Origin: Eledone cirrhosa
Lineage: Eukaryota
NCBI GenBank assembly: GCA_964016885.1
Contig: OZ024741.1
Coordinates: 185,256,001 to 185,320,000, forward strand
DNA: 64,000 nucleotides
Direction of reading: 5' to 3'
Of the stretch, positions 26,379-40,976 are shown in pieces. Position 1 is the first letter of the stretch. Every line of letters begins with the position of its first letter. The notes under the pieces were generated by a model that ran no database searches, had not been told where the DNA came from, and saw only the letters and a program-made list of their open reading frames with translations. The position numbers and the translations under genes are program-made.

Positions 26379-26394
26379 TATATATCTCTCTCTC

Positions 26395-26493
<99 letters not shown>

Positions 26494-26494
26494 A

Positions 26495-26958
26495 TATATC
26501 CACCAGTTGAATTTGTAAAGCCAAACAATGCAGGTATGGACATAGAATAAAAAATGCAAATGCAAAAGATATTGTTGACCATTAGTCTTTTACCTTAGAT
26601 TTATTTAAATGTCCTTAATTTTCGAGAAAATATCTCTTCTTCGGAGGGAAGTAAAGCGGTTAAACCAGTCTTCTAAATAGCTTACCAAGTCATGCTGACA
26701 GGAAATCGTATAGAGTATCTGTTCTATATCTAATGTCAAAGAGTTAAGTTTAGCTGGATAACGAGTAGTCTCCCTTTAAAAAGGTTTTATTTTTGTACAT
26801 GTCTGTTTAAGTGTGTGGGAGAATGCGTGAATGTGTAAGTGTGTGAGTGTGAGAAGATAAGTCTATACGTAAATGTGGGGGATAGATGTTCTCTCGTGTT
26901 AGAACTGGTCTTTGTGTGTGTATGTGTGTGTGTGAGAGAGAATAAGTGGAGGTGTAAG

Positions 26959-27008
<50 letters not shown>

Positions 27009-28195
27009 CGTGTGTGTGTGTGTGCGTGTGTATGGGAGGAGGGTATAAGTATGGGGCTAGATGCCCTATCAAGTTATAAATTGGGTGTTGAGTTCTAGTC
27101 TATTATTGATTGGTGGTTGTGTTTTGTCTATAATTAGTGCTTCCTTAATTCTAAGATTGCTGAGGTTACTTTCCTTAGTTTCTATCCTAACTGTTATGGT
27201 TTTGTCGGTGTTTTTGCATTTAACTAGGTGTTTCTTAAATGAGGAAGCGTTAGTATTGAGGTGTCTGTTATTCTTATGTGGAGTGGCCAGGTGGTGCTAC
27301 CTACTTAGAAGTTGCTGCATTTGTCGCACTCGAGTATGCATACGCCGTAAGCCTGGTGGCATAGGTCTGTGTCGTTGATGGGGCATTTGGCTAGCCTGCA
27401 GCGGTTGTCATGTCTGGTGGAGTGTCTTTTGGTTAGCTCTCCGCGTAGAGAAGGTCCTGAGTGGGTCAGTTGGATATCTAGTCCCACACGTCTAATAGCG
27501 CTGCGGATGGCTATTGTTGTTTCATTACGGAAGTGTGGGTACTTCAGGAAGCAAGTGTTAGTAACTCAGGTGTGGTGTCTTCTGTTCTTTCTGGCAGGGT
27601 TTGTGGTGGATGTTGTGTATCCGTTCAGTTAGAGTACTTCCAGGAAATGTGTGGTGTGTGTCTCGGTCTCTAGCGTCGGTGTATTTGTTCCGGATACGTG
27701 TTAGTTCGTTCCTTATGTATCCGAACTTAGCGCCGGCTGGGAGGGCCGATCTGAAATGTACGAACAGGTCCCTGCTGGCGGCTTTTTTATAGAAGCAGGT
27801 GTGGATGTTGCCTTCCTCTGTTACACTGTGCTGGAAGTCCAGCAGGGATAGGGATCCGCGGTCATCGGGGTGTTCCATGCTGAACTTTATACTGACGTCC
27901 ATGCTGGAGAATGTTGTGTATATTTTGTCCGCCTCCGCACGGGATGATGTAAGGATGAGTATGTCATCTACATATCGGGTGAAGAAGGTATGATAATGGC
28001 AGTTGTTGAGGGCTCGGCATTCTAACTAGTTCATATAGGTGATGGCCAGCAGGCCCGATAGGCTGGATCCATTGGTAATCCTGTTGTCTGTCTGTATGTG
28101 TGGTGGTGGAAGGTGGAGTACGTGTTGTCCACTGTGAAGCACAAAAGCTGGTGTATGTCCGTCGGATGGAGGCCGCAGAGGACATCCACTGCAAC
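26495..28195 (-). mobile_element. 5'-truncated, degenerate Penelope-like element (Poseidon-like)
   Basis: YRQTTGLPM, SSLSGLLAITYM, YVDDILIL, SIKFSMEH..LSLLDF, LECDKCSNF*VGSTT..HIRINRH; decayed HHR candidate at 26612-26650. Confidence 0.85.
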
Positions 28196-28324
28196 GGCCT
28201 GTTTTTATTGGCAGCATAACCCTTCCAAAGTATAACAATTTCTGTTTCAACACACGTTTTCAGATAAGAAATCTTGCAAAACAAATTCAAAATCGAAGTG
28301 TATATATAAATATATATATATATA

Positions 28325-28381
<57 letters not shown>

Positions 28382-29135
28382 ATTAGAGATTAAGTATTGA
28401 ATATTTAAAAGAAATATGATTTTCCGGTGTTTTGCGAGGCGTTTGAATATATGTGAGTGTTCTGTCAAAATTGTTTTTATATATATGTTTGTGATGAAGG
28501 TGTGGTGGTGAGGATCAATACAACAGGAATTTTCATTCATTCAAATATATGGTCTTTGATATTGTAAAACTAATATGATTGGAAATTTACCGCTTGGATT
28601 AAACTCCGAACTCTCTTTTACCTATCATGATGTGGAATGTAAAATAATGTTTGAGCTTTGAAATATTCTTTGCCTTCATATAGTTGAGTTAACAACTCAT
28701 CTAAACGATTTTATTACTGATCCCTTCATATATATTATCTTATATGCACAAACACGCACATATACCCTCATATATATATATATGTATAATAAATATATAT
28801 ATATACATAAATATATATATTCATATATCTGTATGCGTGTTTGAGCATAAAATACATAGAACTCTAAGCTTACAGTATTTAGTTGCATAACCATATATTT
28901 AAAATTCAAATAGCGTTCGATGTGAACATTCATAGCTCTGATATTGCTAAAATATTTATGACACATCTATTGGAAATAAATCAGTCGAGAATATACCATT
29001 TGTACCGAGTACCACTTTTGTACTGTGTCACATTAAAGTCATGATTATACATATACAGAGTAACACACGCCCATAGTGTTATATTATATATATATATATA
29101 TAATTATATATATATATATGTTTTCTATACCTTTC

Positions 29136-29182
<47 letters not shown>

Positions 29183-29187
<5 letters not shown>

Positions 29188-29796
29188 GTTTCTTCTCTCT
29201 TCATAATGTATTTTTAACTCTGATACTGGTTCAGTCTGGTTCAAACTGAATTGGTCTGTCCCAGTCATTCATTGAGCAACATCGGTGAAGTTGGCACCCT
29301 TAACTCACAGTTGGGTGCGGATGCATTCATGTATATATGTGTGTGTCCGCATGTATCTGTGTGTTTCTAAATATATTAATAACTCCCTCTGGTCGAGCAA
29401 TCTTTGAAGTGTGGGGACAACTGGAAAGCTTCCATTACTCATACTTCTCGCCTTCTTCACTACCTCTTCTACGGCCTCGATATGAATACCCCCTCCGCCT
29501 CCGTGGTATTTTCTTCGTGGTTATAAGAGGCTTAGCTCTGTTTCTCGACCGTTATATCGCGTGACTATCTCCCCCTCCGCCTTTTGGGATTCTTTCTCAC
29601 GTCGTGTAGACGCGTTCTTGAGACTAGTAAAATGAGGTATCCTCTTGATAAGTCGGCAGACCTCGCAAGGACTCTATATCTTTGATATATTGTTTTTGTT
29701 TATGCCACGAAACTACGTAGTCGAGGAATTTAGGAACAGTTTAGGTATGATACATTTTATTACTAATTATATCTAAATGTTTCTTCTCTCTTCATA

Positions 29797-29802
<6 letters not shown>
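29183..29802 (+). mobile_element. 591-nt non-coding unit with 29-bp terminal direct repeat and one HHR (retrozyme-like or solo pLTR)
   Basis: TAAATGTTTCTTCTCTCTTCATAATGTAT at 29183-29211 and 29774-29802; (TA)n on both flanks. Confidence 0.7.
29640..29727 (+). ncRNA. Type-I hammerhead ribozyme, U3-A8 variant, expanded stem II
   Basis: TCCTC-TTGATAA-GT(C)GGCA...TGCCAC-GAAA-CTACGTAG-TC-GAGGA. Confidence 0.8.
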
Positions 29803-29890
<88 letters not shown>

Positions 29891-29970
29891 GCCTATGTAT
29901 CTATATCTATATATATATATTTATCATTCCCATTATTATTTCTCACTGTATCATAACAATATCACCCTCT

Positions 29971-30017
<47 letters not shown>

Positions 30018-30030
30018 CATACACACACAC

Positions 30031-30126
<96 letters not shown>

Positions 30127-30409
30127 CGGGAGGGTCATATTTTTATGATATAGTGAGAAATAATAATAACAATAACATATTATATATATATATATATATA
30201 TAGATATAGATACACATGCATATATATATCATGAATTTGTATATATCAAATATATAATATATATACATATATTTATATGTATATGTATTTACACGTGTAC
30301 ATACACATTACACATTTATCTTTAAATACATATATATATTCAGAGAACTCCATTTACTTACATACATACAAGCGTACGTGCATGGATATATAAACATAGA
30401 ATATTAAAT

Positions 30410-30525
30410 TGAGTTCAAATCCCGCCGAGGTTAACTTTGCCTTTCATCCTTACGGGGTCGATAAAATAAAGTAGCAGTAATACACTGGTTAATTGCTGGC
30501 CTTGTGCCAAATGTAGAAACAATTA
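30410..30525 (+). mobile_element. 5'-truncated family A SINE
   Basis: Starts at the B-box GAGTTCAAATCCCGCCGAGG and runs to the GTAGAAACAATTAT tail. Confidence 0.85.
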
Positions 30526-30611
30526 TATATAGATACATATATAAGCAGATGATTTACAGATGAGTATTCTAATAAACACACAGACAGACACACACATACT
30601 TTTATATACTC

Positions 30612-30706
<95 letters not shown>

Positions 30707-30766
30707 TAGAACACTGGAAGGTAATATCCGTAGTGGTGGAGCACTCAGTCCATGGCACGAGTTAGG

Positions 30767-31170
30767 TAGAAGTGGTAGCACAACAGTTAGTTCACAATAC
30801 CGGGAACAATTGTTTCACCTTACCGGATCCCCTGCTCGTAATAGACATGGTTATACGGAACAGGAAAGACAACCATATGAATGCACATGTCTGGAAATAC
30901 CTCTTACGTAACTACAAAGCTCCGTATTGAATAACAACAACATCCTAATTTTCTTATCAACTAGAACCTTTCGGACATTCGCAGTTATCTCCGTTACATC
31001 TCTCGCACTCGGTTTTGTATTGCCTGTGTGAAGTGACCGTTTCTGCGCATGTGCATTCATATGGTTGTCCTTCCTGTTCCGTATAACCATGTCCATTACG
31101 AGTAGTGGATCCGGTTAGCTGAAACAATTGTTCTCGGTATGGTGAACTAACGGTTGTGTTACCACTTCTA
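30767..31170. mobile_element. Fold-back/MITE-like element with about 123-bp imperfect inverted arms
   Basis: TAGAAGTGGTAGCACAAC...ATGAATGCACATG versus CATGTGCATTCAT...GTTGTGTTACCACTTCTA. Confidence 0.8.
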
Positions 31171-32202
31171 TATATATATATACGAAATAATGTTAAAACA
31201 GGCTTACTTTTACATAATTGTGTTATTGCATAATACATATTTAAATTACATTGGTGCACATTTGTTATTTCACTGACAGTCTTCACGTGACATCATTAGA
31301 TGCTCATAGGATTATGAGCTGTATTTATGCTGCTGGTAATGTATTACCGTCTTAGGGAAAACGAAGGGAATATATCAGTTACTGAATCTCGTTTGGTACT
31401 AATGCATAGTGGGAGATGTATCTGCTTTTTGATTAGTGAAATTTGTTCAACACTCGCATTAATTAACTTCTTTCATAGATTCCACGCGTCAAAACGCAGA
31501 TACATGTGCATCTAAGCATTAGTACGAAAGGAGATTCAATATACTTGCATAACTATACTTCATAATTGTATCACCATCTGATGATATCACCATCTGATGA
31601 TATCACATGGGGACTGTCAATCATATAACCGTTCCAAAACGATTGGACTGCTTAAACTGGTTTATTCTTGCGGCGTTACAACATAACCTCCATGGATAGC
31701 GGAGATTTTCCCCATCTACATTGCTTCAAACAAATTTTAACACTCTGTTATATATATATACGTCAATACTCATCTTATTCATTTTTTAGAGTTTTCTAAA
31801 CCCCACTATTAGTCTAAAATATTTTTAGTAAAAAAGTATGGCGAATTACAATTACAAACTCGCTCGCTGTTTCAAAACATACTTATATATATTAGCAGAA
31901 AAACCAAACCTTTGGGTGGTTTTCTGCTAGCATGTGTAGTGTATATATTGATATTATACGCGGGTATATATACATGTAGATATGATACATCAAATAAAAT
32001 CGTAATTGACAATATATAATACATAGAAATTGAACGAAGACTGCGTTACACTGTCTTATTTAACCAGTAACGTAATCCATGATACATTAAAAAAGACGAC
32101 ATTATACATAAATTTCATTAGGAGAAAATTGGTATGTTTATTTAAGCGATGGCCAACTGGAAGTGTTGACATTTCAGAATTTTAAAGAAGTATATATATA
32201 TG

Positions 32203-32272
<70 letters not shown>

Positions 32273-32403
32273 GATAAATCTACCAAGAGTTTACGGTAGT
32301 GTCCAATCCGTATGAAGAACTCAATGTATTCCGGATATCATGGAAAGAAGAGATGTAATGAAAATCCACTTTCGGTGAAAGATAAACGGTATACAGAGTC
32401 AAG

Positions 32404-32717
32404 ATAAAATATTAAACAAATAATGAACAAACAATTCCTTATATTAAACAAAAAAAGTTCACTATTTAACGATCGTTTCTAGGGCATATATGTGTTATAA
32501 TTGGTATGCATATTTAACAGATCTATGTACAAAATTATACAAAATTATACAAATTATCAAGATTAAATCTTGATAATTTGTATAATTTTGTATAATTTTG
32601 TACATAGATCTGTTAAATATGCATACCAATTATAACACATATATGCCCTAGAAACGATCGTTAAATAGTGAACTTTTTTTGTTTAATATAAGGAATTGTT
32701 TGTTCATTATTTGTTTA

Positions 32718-32726
<9 letters not shown>
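32404..32726. repeat. Apparently perfect palindrome, 161-bp arms, 1-nt spacer at 32565
   Basis: Arms compared base by base by eye; each carries the HHR 3' half GAAA-CGATCG-TT. Confidence 0.95.
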
Positions 32727-32802
<76 letters not shown>

Positions 32803-32806
<4 letters not shown>

Positions 32807-32880
32807 CCTCGTCTGACGAACGAATGAAGTCGTTTATTTCGTATTCGCCTCATTCGGGAAACCTCTGGTAATGAGGTAAT
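32803..32880 (+). ncRNA. Type-I hammerhead ribozyme
   Basis: ATTGCCTCGT-CTGACGA-ACGAATGA...TCATTCGG-GAAA-CC TCT GG-TA-ATGAGGTAAT; 10-bp stem I. Confidence 0.8.
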
Positions 32881-32982
32881 TATATTGTATTGATTTTTAT
32901 ACATTAAATTTTGCTCTGATACTTACATAGAGCACTCTTCATTTCTATGACCTTTTCTGCTTCCAACGGAAATTTCAATACT

Positions 32983-33041
<59 letters not shown>

Positions 33042-33048
<7 letters not shown>

Positions 33049-33430
33049 TTAGAGGAATTCCAACTTTGTCTGATTTACTCGTTTTATTTACAATCCTTTA
33101 AAATATATAATGGTATTATAATGAAATAGTATGATAGAATATTAAATTCTAAGTGTTAATTGAACAAGTACTTTCATGCTTTCGCAATCTTCAGGTTCAT
33201 AATATGTGGTGACAGTCAAGTTTGCAATTTTCAACTGTTGAAAATTGCAAACTTGACTGTCACCACATATTATGAACCTGAAGATTGCGAAAGCATGAAA
33301 GTACTTGTTCAATTAACACTTAGAATTTAATATTCTATCATACTATTTCATTATAATACCATTATAAATTTTAAACGATTGTAAATAAAACGAGTAAATC
33401 AGACAAAGTTGGAATTCCTCTTATTAATAT
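33042..33430. repeat. Near-perfect palindrome of two head-to-head H1 elements, each with an HHR (33161-33199 minus, 33273-33311 plus)
   Basis: About 194-bp arms, centre CAAC-T-GTTG at 33236, only a few mismatches. Confidence 0.95.
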
Positions 33431-33472
33431 AATCTTCTATACACAATCATACACACCCGTGTATATTTACCT

Positions 33473-33602
<130 letters not shown>

Positions 33603-33700
33603 GGAGAGGGAGAGAGAGAGCGAGAGAGAGAGAGTTAGAAACTCAGAGTAGCTTCTTAAAATTAAATACCTCTAAGTAAAAAGCTTTTACGAGCCGTCTA

Positions 33701-33816
33701 ATATAATTGAATAAACAAGAGAGATGAACACTAATAGAAACATACATGTGTTCGAATCCTTACGATTCGAACACATGTATGTTTATATTAGTATTCATCT
33801 CTCTTGTTTATTCAAT

Positions 33817-33821
<5 letters not shown>
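33701..33821. repeat. Palindrome with about 58-bp arms
   Basis: Centre TTCGAATC-CTTAC-GATTCGAA followed by CACATGTA. Confidence 0.9.
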
Positions 33822-33856
<35 letters not shown>

Positions 33857-36639
33857 AAGAGAGAGAAAGAGAGAGACAGATAGAGAGAGATAATTAATCA
33901 TGTACTTGGTGAGGTACATGTGTGTTTGTGTGAGCACATACAATTGTTACTACTTTAAACGAAAAAGGAATGAAGGAAAATACACTATGCGTTTTTTATT
34001 CTTGTCCTCGTTGAAATTAAAGCTTTAATCGCTACTATCACGCCCTGAAAAATTTCCAAAGATTAAATTCAATGAATTACATTTTCTTTTTTGTTTCTTA
34101 TCCCTATTTTTCTAGCATTTCTCATCATATCCCACAGATTACTTTTCATACCGCTATTTGTTGTTGCCTCCTGTGTCCTGGGCTTCCTAATTGCCATTTT
34201 ACACTGAAACATTTGGAACGAAGCTGATACAGTGAGTATCACAGTCCGTTATTTGTGGTAATGCTTTCGCCATCTTGTCTGCATGCACAGCTGAGATATG
34301 CCACCTAGATAGTGTTGAGTCTGCTTCTCCTCCTTCCATTGTATTTTCATTTTTCTTCATACTATGTCCCATAGAATTTTCATTGATGTTGCCTGATATC
34401 TGTGTTCAAATCCCACTGGTATAACTTTTGTTATTCAATACTTTTGGGATGTATTATAATAAATAGTTGAAATGTCATTTTCTCAATTATAGCTCCTCTA
34501 TAGCCATCTCTTAATATATCGACTAATGGCAACTTTAGTGAGCAACATTTAGAACACCAATAAATTATGTAGACAGTTGTGCATTTGGGTAGGCTTCACT
34601 GTATATGTTTGTGAAAAAACTATGTTTAAATATGTATGCATCATATAAATTCTAGCTCGTACTACTAAAGCAGCAGCGAAATATATTTTAGATCACACAC
34701 TTCGGTCAAAAAATATGAACACAATAATTTAAACCAAAATACCTGTATTAACAAAAAGGATGACCAGATCTGAAATACTAATCTACACAATAAATATAGT
34801 ACAACATTACACTATAAAAAAACAACCAACAGCACCAATGAGAAGCTAATGAGCGAGTTGTAACTCTGCCTGTTTCGAAAACGAATGTTACAGTTGATCC
34901 GTGAAATTAAGATGCAAATGGCCGAGTATTCCACAGACACGTGCAACCTTAACGTAGATATCAAAATGATTCAGTGTGACATAGGTTGTGATAAGGTTGG
35001 TCCTTTAAATTACAGGTGCCACTCATTTTTGTCAGATAAGTGGGGCAACGTGAATAAAGTCTCTTGCTCACAGCAAAACACACTGCCTAGAATTTAACCG
35101 CCCAACCACTAAACTATTGCGCCATAATACCACACTACTTCTACTAATACTAAACTACTAAACTACTCTCAGCCTACTCTGCACAACTAACATCACAATC
35201 ATACAACAACCTCTAAACCAAATTACCTTAACAAACCCTACACTTCAGCTATCACACTAATCTCCACAACAAAATTACTAGCACATTTCTATAAACCACC
35301 ACCATTAACAGACTGTACTATACCACCAACAAACGACACCACACCTTACCACAATCCCCGCACTAATTTATAAATTACCTCTACCACAATACTACGGCCA
35401 TCACATTATTCCACGCCATATTGCAAAGGCCACATTTCTCGACACCGCCGCCCACATTACACCATTTCACCTTCATCACACCACTTCTAGCTACATCTAA
35501 CTCCACCATTTTACACTGCATTTTATACCCTTACCATCCGCCACATCAACAGGATATTGTTCTACACCCAACTATTACACGAAAACCACGCCACACCAGC
35601 TCCATACCGCACTACACAACACCGTACAATGACTAACACACTGCTCTACACCACCAACAAAATAGACTACACCAACAAAACCATTCTGCCCCCACACCCA
35701 ATGACCACAACCCAACCACATAAGATTTTATCCTCGACACGAAACACCACAGCTTCCACACCAACATATTACTATCACACAACACTACACAATACCAACA
35801 GGTTAAGCCTCTTCATGGAAACATGACATGATAGAAATATTAGCTAGATTTCAAATGAAATCACCATCTACCGTCTAAAGAAAAGAAGAATATATATTAG
35901 TATTTTGCTCTATCTCATCCTGTCTGAAAAGACTGGTGGTACTGCAATGGGATCGTTGCTTCGATGGTTTCCCTCTCACGTAAACGATTCTGAGAGAGAA
36001 CTTAAGGGCAGTACATGACTGGCACTACATATATCAAGCTGGGGAGATGAAATACAAAGCTGAATACTGAAAGACATTGTATTCGCCAGATATAATGAGG
36101 TAGGATCATATATAAACCATTTATTTTTATTGCTTTGTATATGCATTATCCTTATGTACCTACATATTTTAAGGGAGTTCCGATTAAAAGCAGACCTAAA
36201 ATCAAAGGCATTTCAGCCAGGAACACTCTAGGTGATTTTTCCGGCATATTATATCAGAAATTATATTATATGTTGTGTAAGGATCCATTTAATGTACAGT
36301 AGAATGTAATGTGAAGAATATTCGTCTGCTATTTCTAGCAAATAAGGCAACCGCGTAGTCTTAACGTCAGTTCGGTGCATGCGTACATTATTGTATGTTA
36401 ATGTATGCAAGTATACATTGAACGGATTTTTCGAAGCGAGATTTACGTATTCTGTGTCTCATCTGAGTAGGTATCTGTATTTACATAGAAGCTGACTAAA
36501 CAGCCTAACTGGAAATATAAAGACCAGCTGTGCGCAAAATTACAGAATCAATCGAGAGAGCCTACGTGCCGAGGTATAGTGGTTTATAGATAAAATATAT
36601 ATGAGCCATTAAGCGCACGTGTTTGCGTGTTTGTGTATG

Positions 36640-36739
<100 letters not shown>

Positions 36740-38224
36740 ATGTGTGTGTGTGTGTATGTGTGTGTGTGTGTGTGTGCGTGTGTGTCTTTGTGTGATGGAT
36801 CCGCTCTCAGTTTTGTTGACGATTCTTCAGTTGACCTCAGTCTGATTTGAATTCAAAGCCGCAAAAAACACCACAAGGCAGAGTATCAAATGTGTTACAG
36901 GCTCTGCTAATTGCCACTTAAAGTCAGTAAAGAGCTGGTAAGCATACAAATGGAATACATCAAGCATTTGACCGATCAGATTTGACTTAAAGCAACAAAA
37001 AATCATCGAAATCAAGAACAAAAACTCAGACCCGGAAAGCTAAACAGACACGGGCGTAATTTGTATGAGTGGAATGGTATATAAATCATTATAATCATTA
37101 TAGAGACTTTATCGTATCTACTCTGTGTAGATGAAAGGCAAAGTCAAACTGGGTGAGATTTGAACTCATAATGTAAAGAGCCCAAGCTAAAAACAGAACT
37201 CCCCATTCAGACACACTCCCCATTCTGTCAACCACTCCTACACCCTTCCACATTAACAAATATTTAACGCATGTATATCAATAGATATTTTCCCCGTCTG
37301 TGACGCCAATTTCTACAGCATTTGTCATTATATATATAACATTTTAATTGTACTGTTAACATGTACGGCTTCCTTACTTTCATTTCTCTTGTGCTCCTTT
37401 CTCTTTTCTTCTAACCCTTCTTTTACTTCCATATCAGCTCAACTTACCATGTCTTATTGTATTCGACGTCGTAACTTCATCTTGTCTCCGACAACCATTT
37501 ACTTCAGTACTAATAACAATTTAATTGGCTCGTTTTGATCTATAGACGCCATGTTGTGTCATACTACTAACACTAAATCTCAAAAGCTAAACACAGAAAC
37601 GAAATAAATAAAACAAAATCGACAATCCTTACAAATCCATCCCTTAACAAAACTCAAAGAAACGATACCAGTGGTAATTCCCATTAACAACCAAATATAG
37701 CCATAGTATTGTCCGAAGATTTATCATCATCAAACGGTCAGTTACTGGTCATCTTACTTTGTGAATCATTCCGCTGAAAACATTTCCTTTTTAAGTGAAC
37801 TGAATATATATATATGTCTTCAATGAAATCAGAAATAGAAGTGAGACTGAAATATTCATAATATATCGCTAATAATCAAGTTTCTTGAGAATAGGGAAAA
37901 GGAGGAAATGTCATTGTAAAAGGGATTTGACTGGTCTATTGGAGAGACATTGCACTAAATTGTGTCTTTCATTATCTGGATATCAGCGTAGTGCAGAAGA
38001 AAAAATGCACACACACAAATATACAAAGAATTGTAGGTTCTCCCCACGAATGAAATTTCAAAGAGATTTCGAAATTGTTTTGAGAACGTTCCGTTTGATG
38101 TTTCTGTAGGCGATGAGGTTTTCTATAAGAGGTTCTAGCCCCTTGCACACCCTTTCGCCTTCTCTTGAGAAAGGAATGCTGTGAATGGTCTTTCATATTT
38201 TCCAGGGCACAACTTTGCTTATTT

Positions 38225-38255
<31 letters not shown>

Positions 38256-38280
38256 GAGAGAGAGAGAGAGTGAGAGAGAA

Positions 38281-38393
<113 letters not shown>

Positions 38394-38730
38394 TGCGAGG
38401 TAGAGAGGAAGGGGGAGAGAACCTACCAAAATACTGGAGTTTATTTCATTTGTCGAGCCTGAAATAATGGAGGGCAAAGTCGAAATCACAGACTATTCTA
38501 TTTGATACTATAACGACATTGCAAATTTGGCAACGTTTTGGCAATCATTTTTAATAAGCTATTAATACAAAAACTACTGTTGCCCTAATCCCCCTCTTAA
38601 GTCTTCTCGCAACCACCATCTGCACAACACCATATTTTTCATCAACTTCACTTTCATACGAATTATCACCATTATCGCAGTGATTAACACTCTTCGCAAT
38701 TCGAACAAATCATCATCTTCGTCATCGACG

Positions 38731-38764
<34 letters not shown>

Positions 38765-39832
38765 GCTTCCTTCTCATCCTCCTCCTCCTCCTCTACATCC
38801 TCATCATCATCATCGTCATCATCATCATCATCATCATCATCACCATCATTATCATCATCATCAACTCAACTATCACCATCATCATTATCATTGGACAGCA
38901 ACATCATGAACAGCAGCATTTTCCAGGCTCTGTTTACATTTCTATAATGACGGTCAAAATATCTGGCAAGATATCTTACAAAACAAACATAAAACATGTT
39001 AAAATAATAAATGTTACTCATATTCAGTTTTCACAGAGCTATATGAAGGAGTGACCTTTTATGTAGCTATGGCAGGCAATGATCTGTCCTCATTTCGGAC
39101 ATGTAACCTTCTGACATTGTCCAACAGATGCAACAATGGGGATTTCTAAAAACGTTTGTCAGTTTTCGTTTTGTGCCCACGGCACATTTAAACCTTACAG
39201 CAACACACATCTCTCCAGTTGAGATAATAAGGTGAATATTTGGGGGGATTCAGATTTGAATAGCTTAGATGCTGGTGGAACATCTCAGCTAGATAAATCG
39301 ATATACATAACATATACATATATATATATACATGATGATGATGGCTGTTCCCTCGTTATCGTATATGGCCATTGCATGATATAATATTATTAATAATTAT
39401 CAATTAATGCTATCGTCCAATGCCTGTGCATTAAAGTGAGGAAAGACTGTGCATTGAGCCAATCCCTGTCTCTGAGCAGCTATAACCCGAAAAGAAGAAA
39501 ATATCAACATATTCAGTATTGAGCCATACGTTTTATGTCGCAGTTATCCCAGTTTCCTTAGTTGCCTTCTCCTAGAAGAATGCCCTGACAAATGCTAGGG
39601 GTCCTCCATTCCTAGTGGTTTAACCGCACGATGGGATATGCAGCCCGATTATTTCTATTTCCCCGCGCATATACACACAAATGTATACATCTATATACAT
39701 ATATACATGCATGCATACATACATACATGCATACATACATACATACATACATACATACATACATACATACATACATACATACATACATACATACATACAT
39801 ACATACATACATAAATACATACATACATACAT

Positions 39833-40135
39833 ACATGGTGGTGGCTGCCAACTCGTTTTCGAGTACGGCTACTACTTTATATCCATGTAGGAGAACTCCT
39901 AGCGATGCGCTGAACGAGTGTAACTTTTTAGTCCAGCCAGCGACTTGAAAACTCTGGTACAAACACTACACTTGTGACAATTATTGATACATAGTGCTAG
40001 GCCCATGGTACCATGTGATGACAAGTGCAGAGAGATCTCCAGATATAAAGCAATGCCTGTGCCGTGAAGCTTTTATAGAGAGCAAAGGCACTGCACAAAG
40101 CCAGTCCCACTCTCTTAACCAAGATGATATTTACC
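39833..40135 (-). mobile_element. 3' part of the RTE-related non-autonomous element seen at 60050-60662
   Basis: High identity to 60362-60660 in reverse; (TATG)n tail. Confidence 0.85.
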
Positions 40136-40286
40136 ATATATACAAACATACATACATAAATGGAATAGAATGAAATGTTCTTCGGCGGTTTCGATGACGA
40201 GTGTTCAAGTTGATTTGTAGTAATGAGAGTATGTATATATATATGACAGTATATATATATATATATATATAGTATATATATATATA

Positions 40287-40351
<65 letters not shown>

Positions 40352-40440
40352 TATATATATATATATATATAGTATATATATATATATATATATAGTATAT
40401 ATATATATATATATAGTATATATATATATATATATATATA

Positions 40441-40492
<52 letters not shown>

Positions 40493-40574
40493 TATATATA
40501 TACTTTCACTCGTGTAGGACACCTCGGTTATTTTTCATTTTGTGATAAAACCTCATCTTCTAATATATATATAT

Positions 40575-40778
40575 ATATTAATAAAAGGAATTCCAACTTT
40601 GTATGATTTACTCGTTTTATTTACAATCCTTTAAAATTTATAATGGTATTAGAATGAAATAGTATGGTAGAATATTAAATGTTAAGTGTTAATTGAACAA
40701 GTACTTTCATGCTTTCGCAATCTTCAGGTTCATATTCTGTGGTGTCAGTCAAGTTTGCAATTTACAACTGTTGAAAAT
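40575..40778 (-). mobile_element. H1 element with HHR at 40694-40732
   Basis: Reverse complement of 1154-1347; ends in the short fold-back CAACTGTTG. Confidence 0.85.
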
Positions 40779-40915
40779 ATTGTTTTGGTAAAAACAGGAG
40801 TAAGCAGGAGAAAGCTCTCAACAATCATTGTTTTTAGTTATGATGAAGAATTTGATAAAAATAACAAAATAAGATGCTGAAGTTACGATATATGTAACCT
40901 TAGCATCTTATATTG

Positions 40916-40970
<55 letters not shown>

Positions 40971-40976
<6 letters not shown>

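Noticed and set aside
31570-31606. Two CTGATGA motifs
   Set aside because: A 16-bp tandem duplication with no stem II-GAAA-stem III downstream; not an HHR
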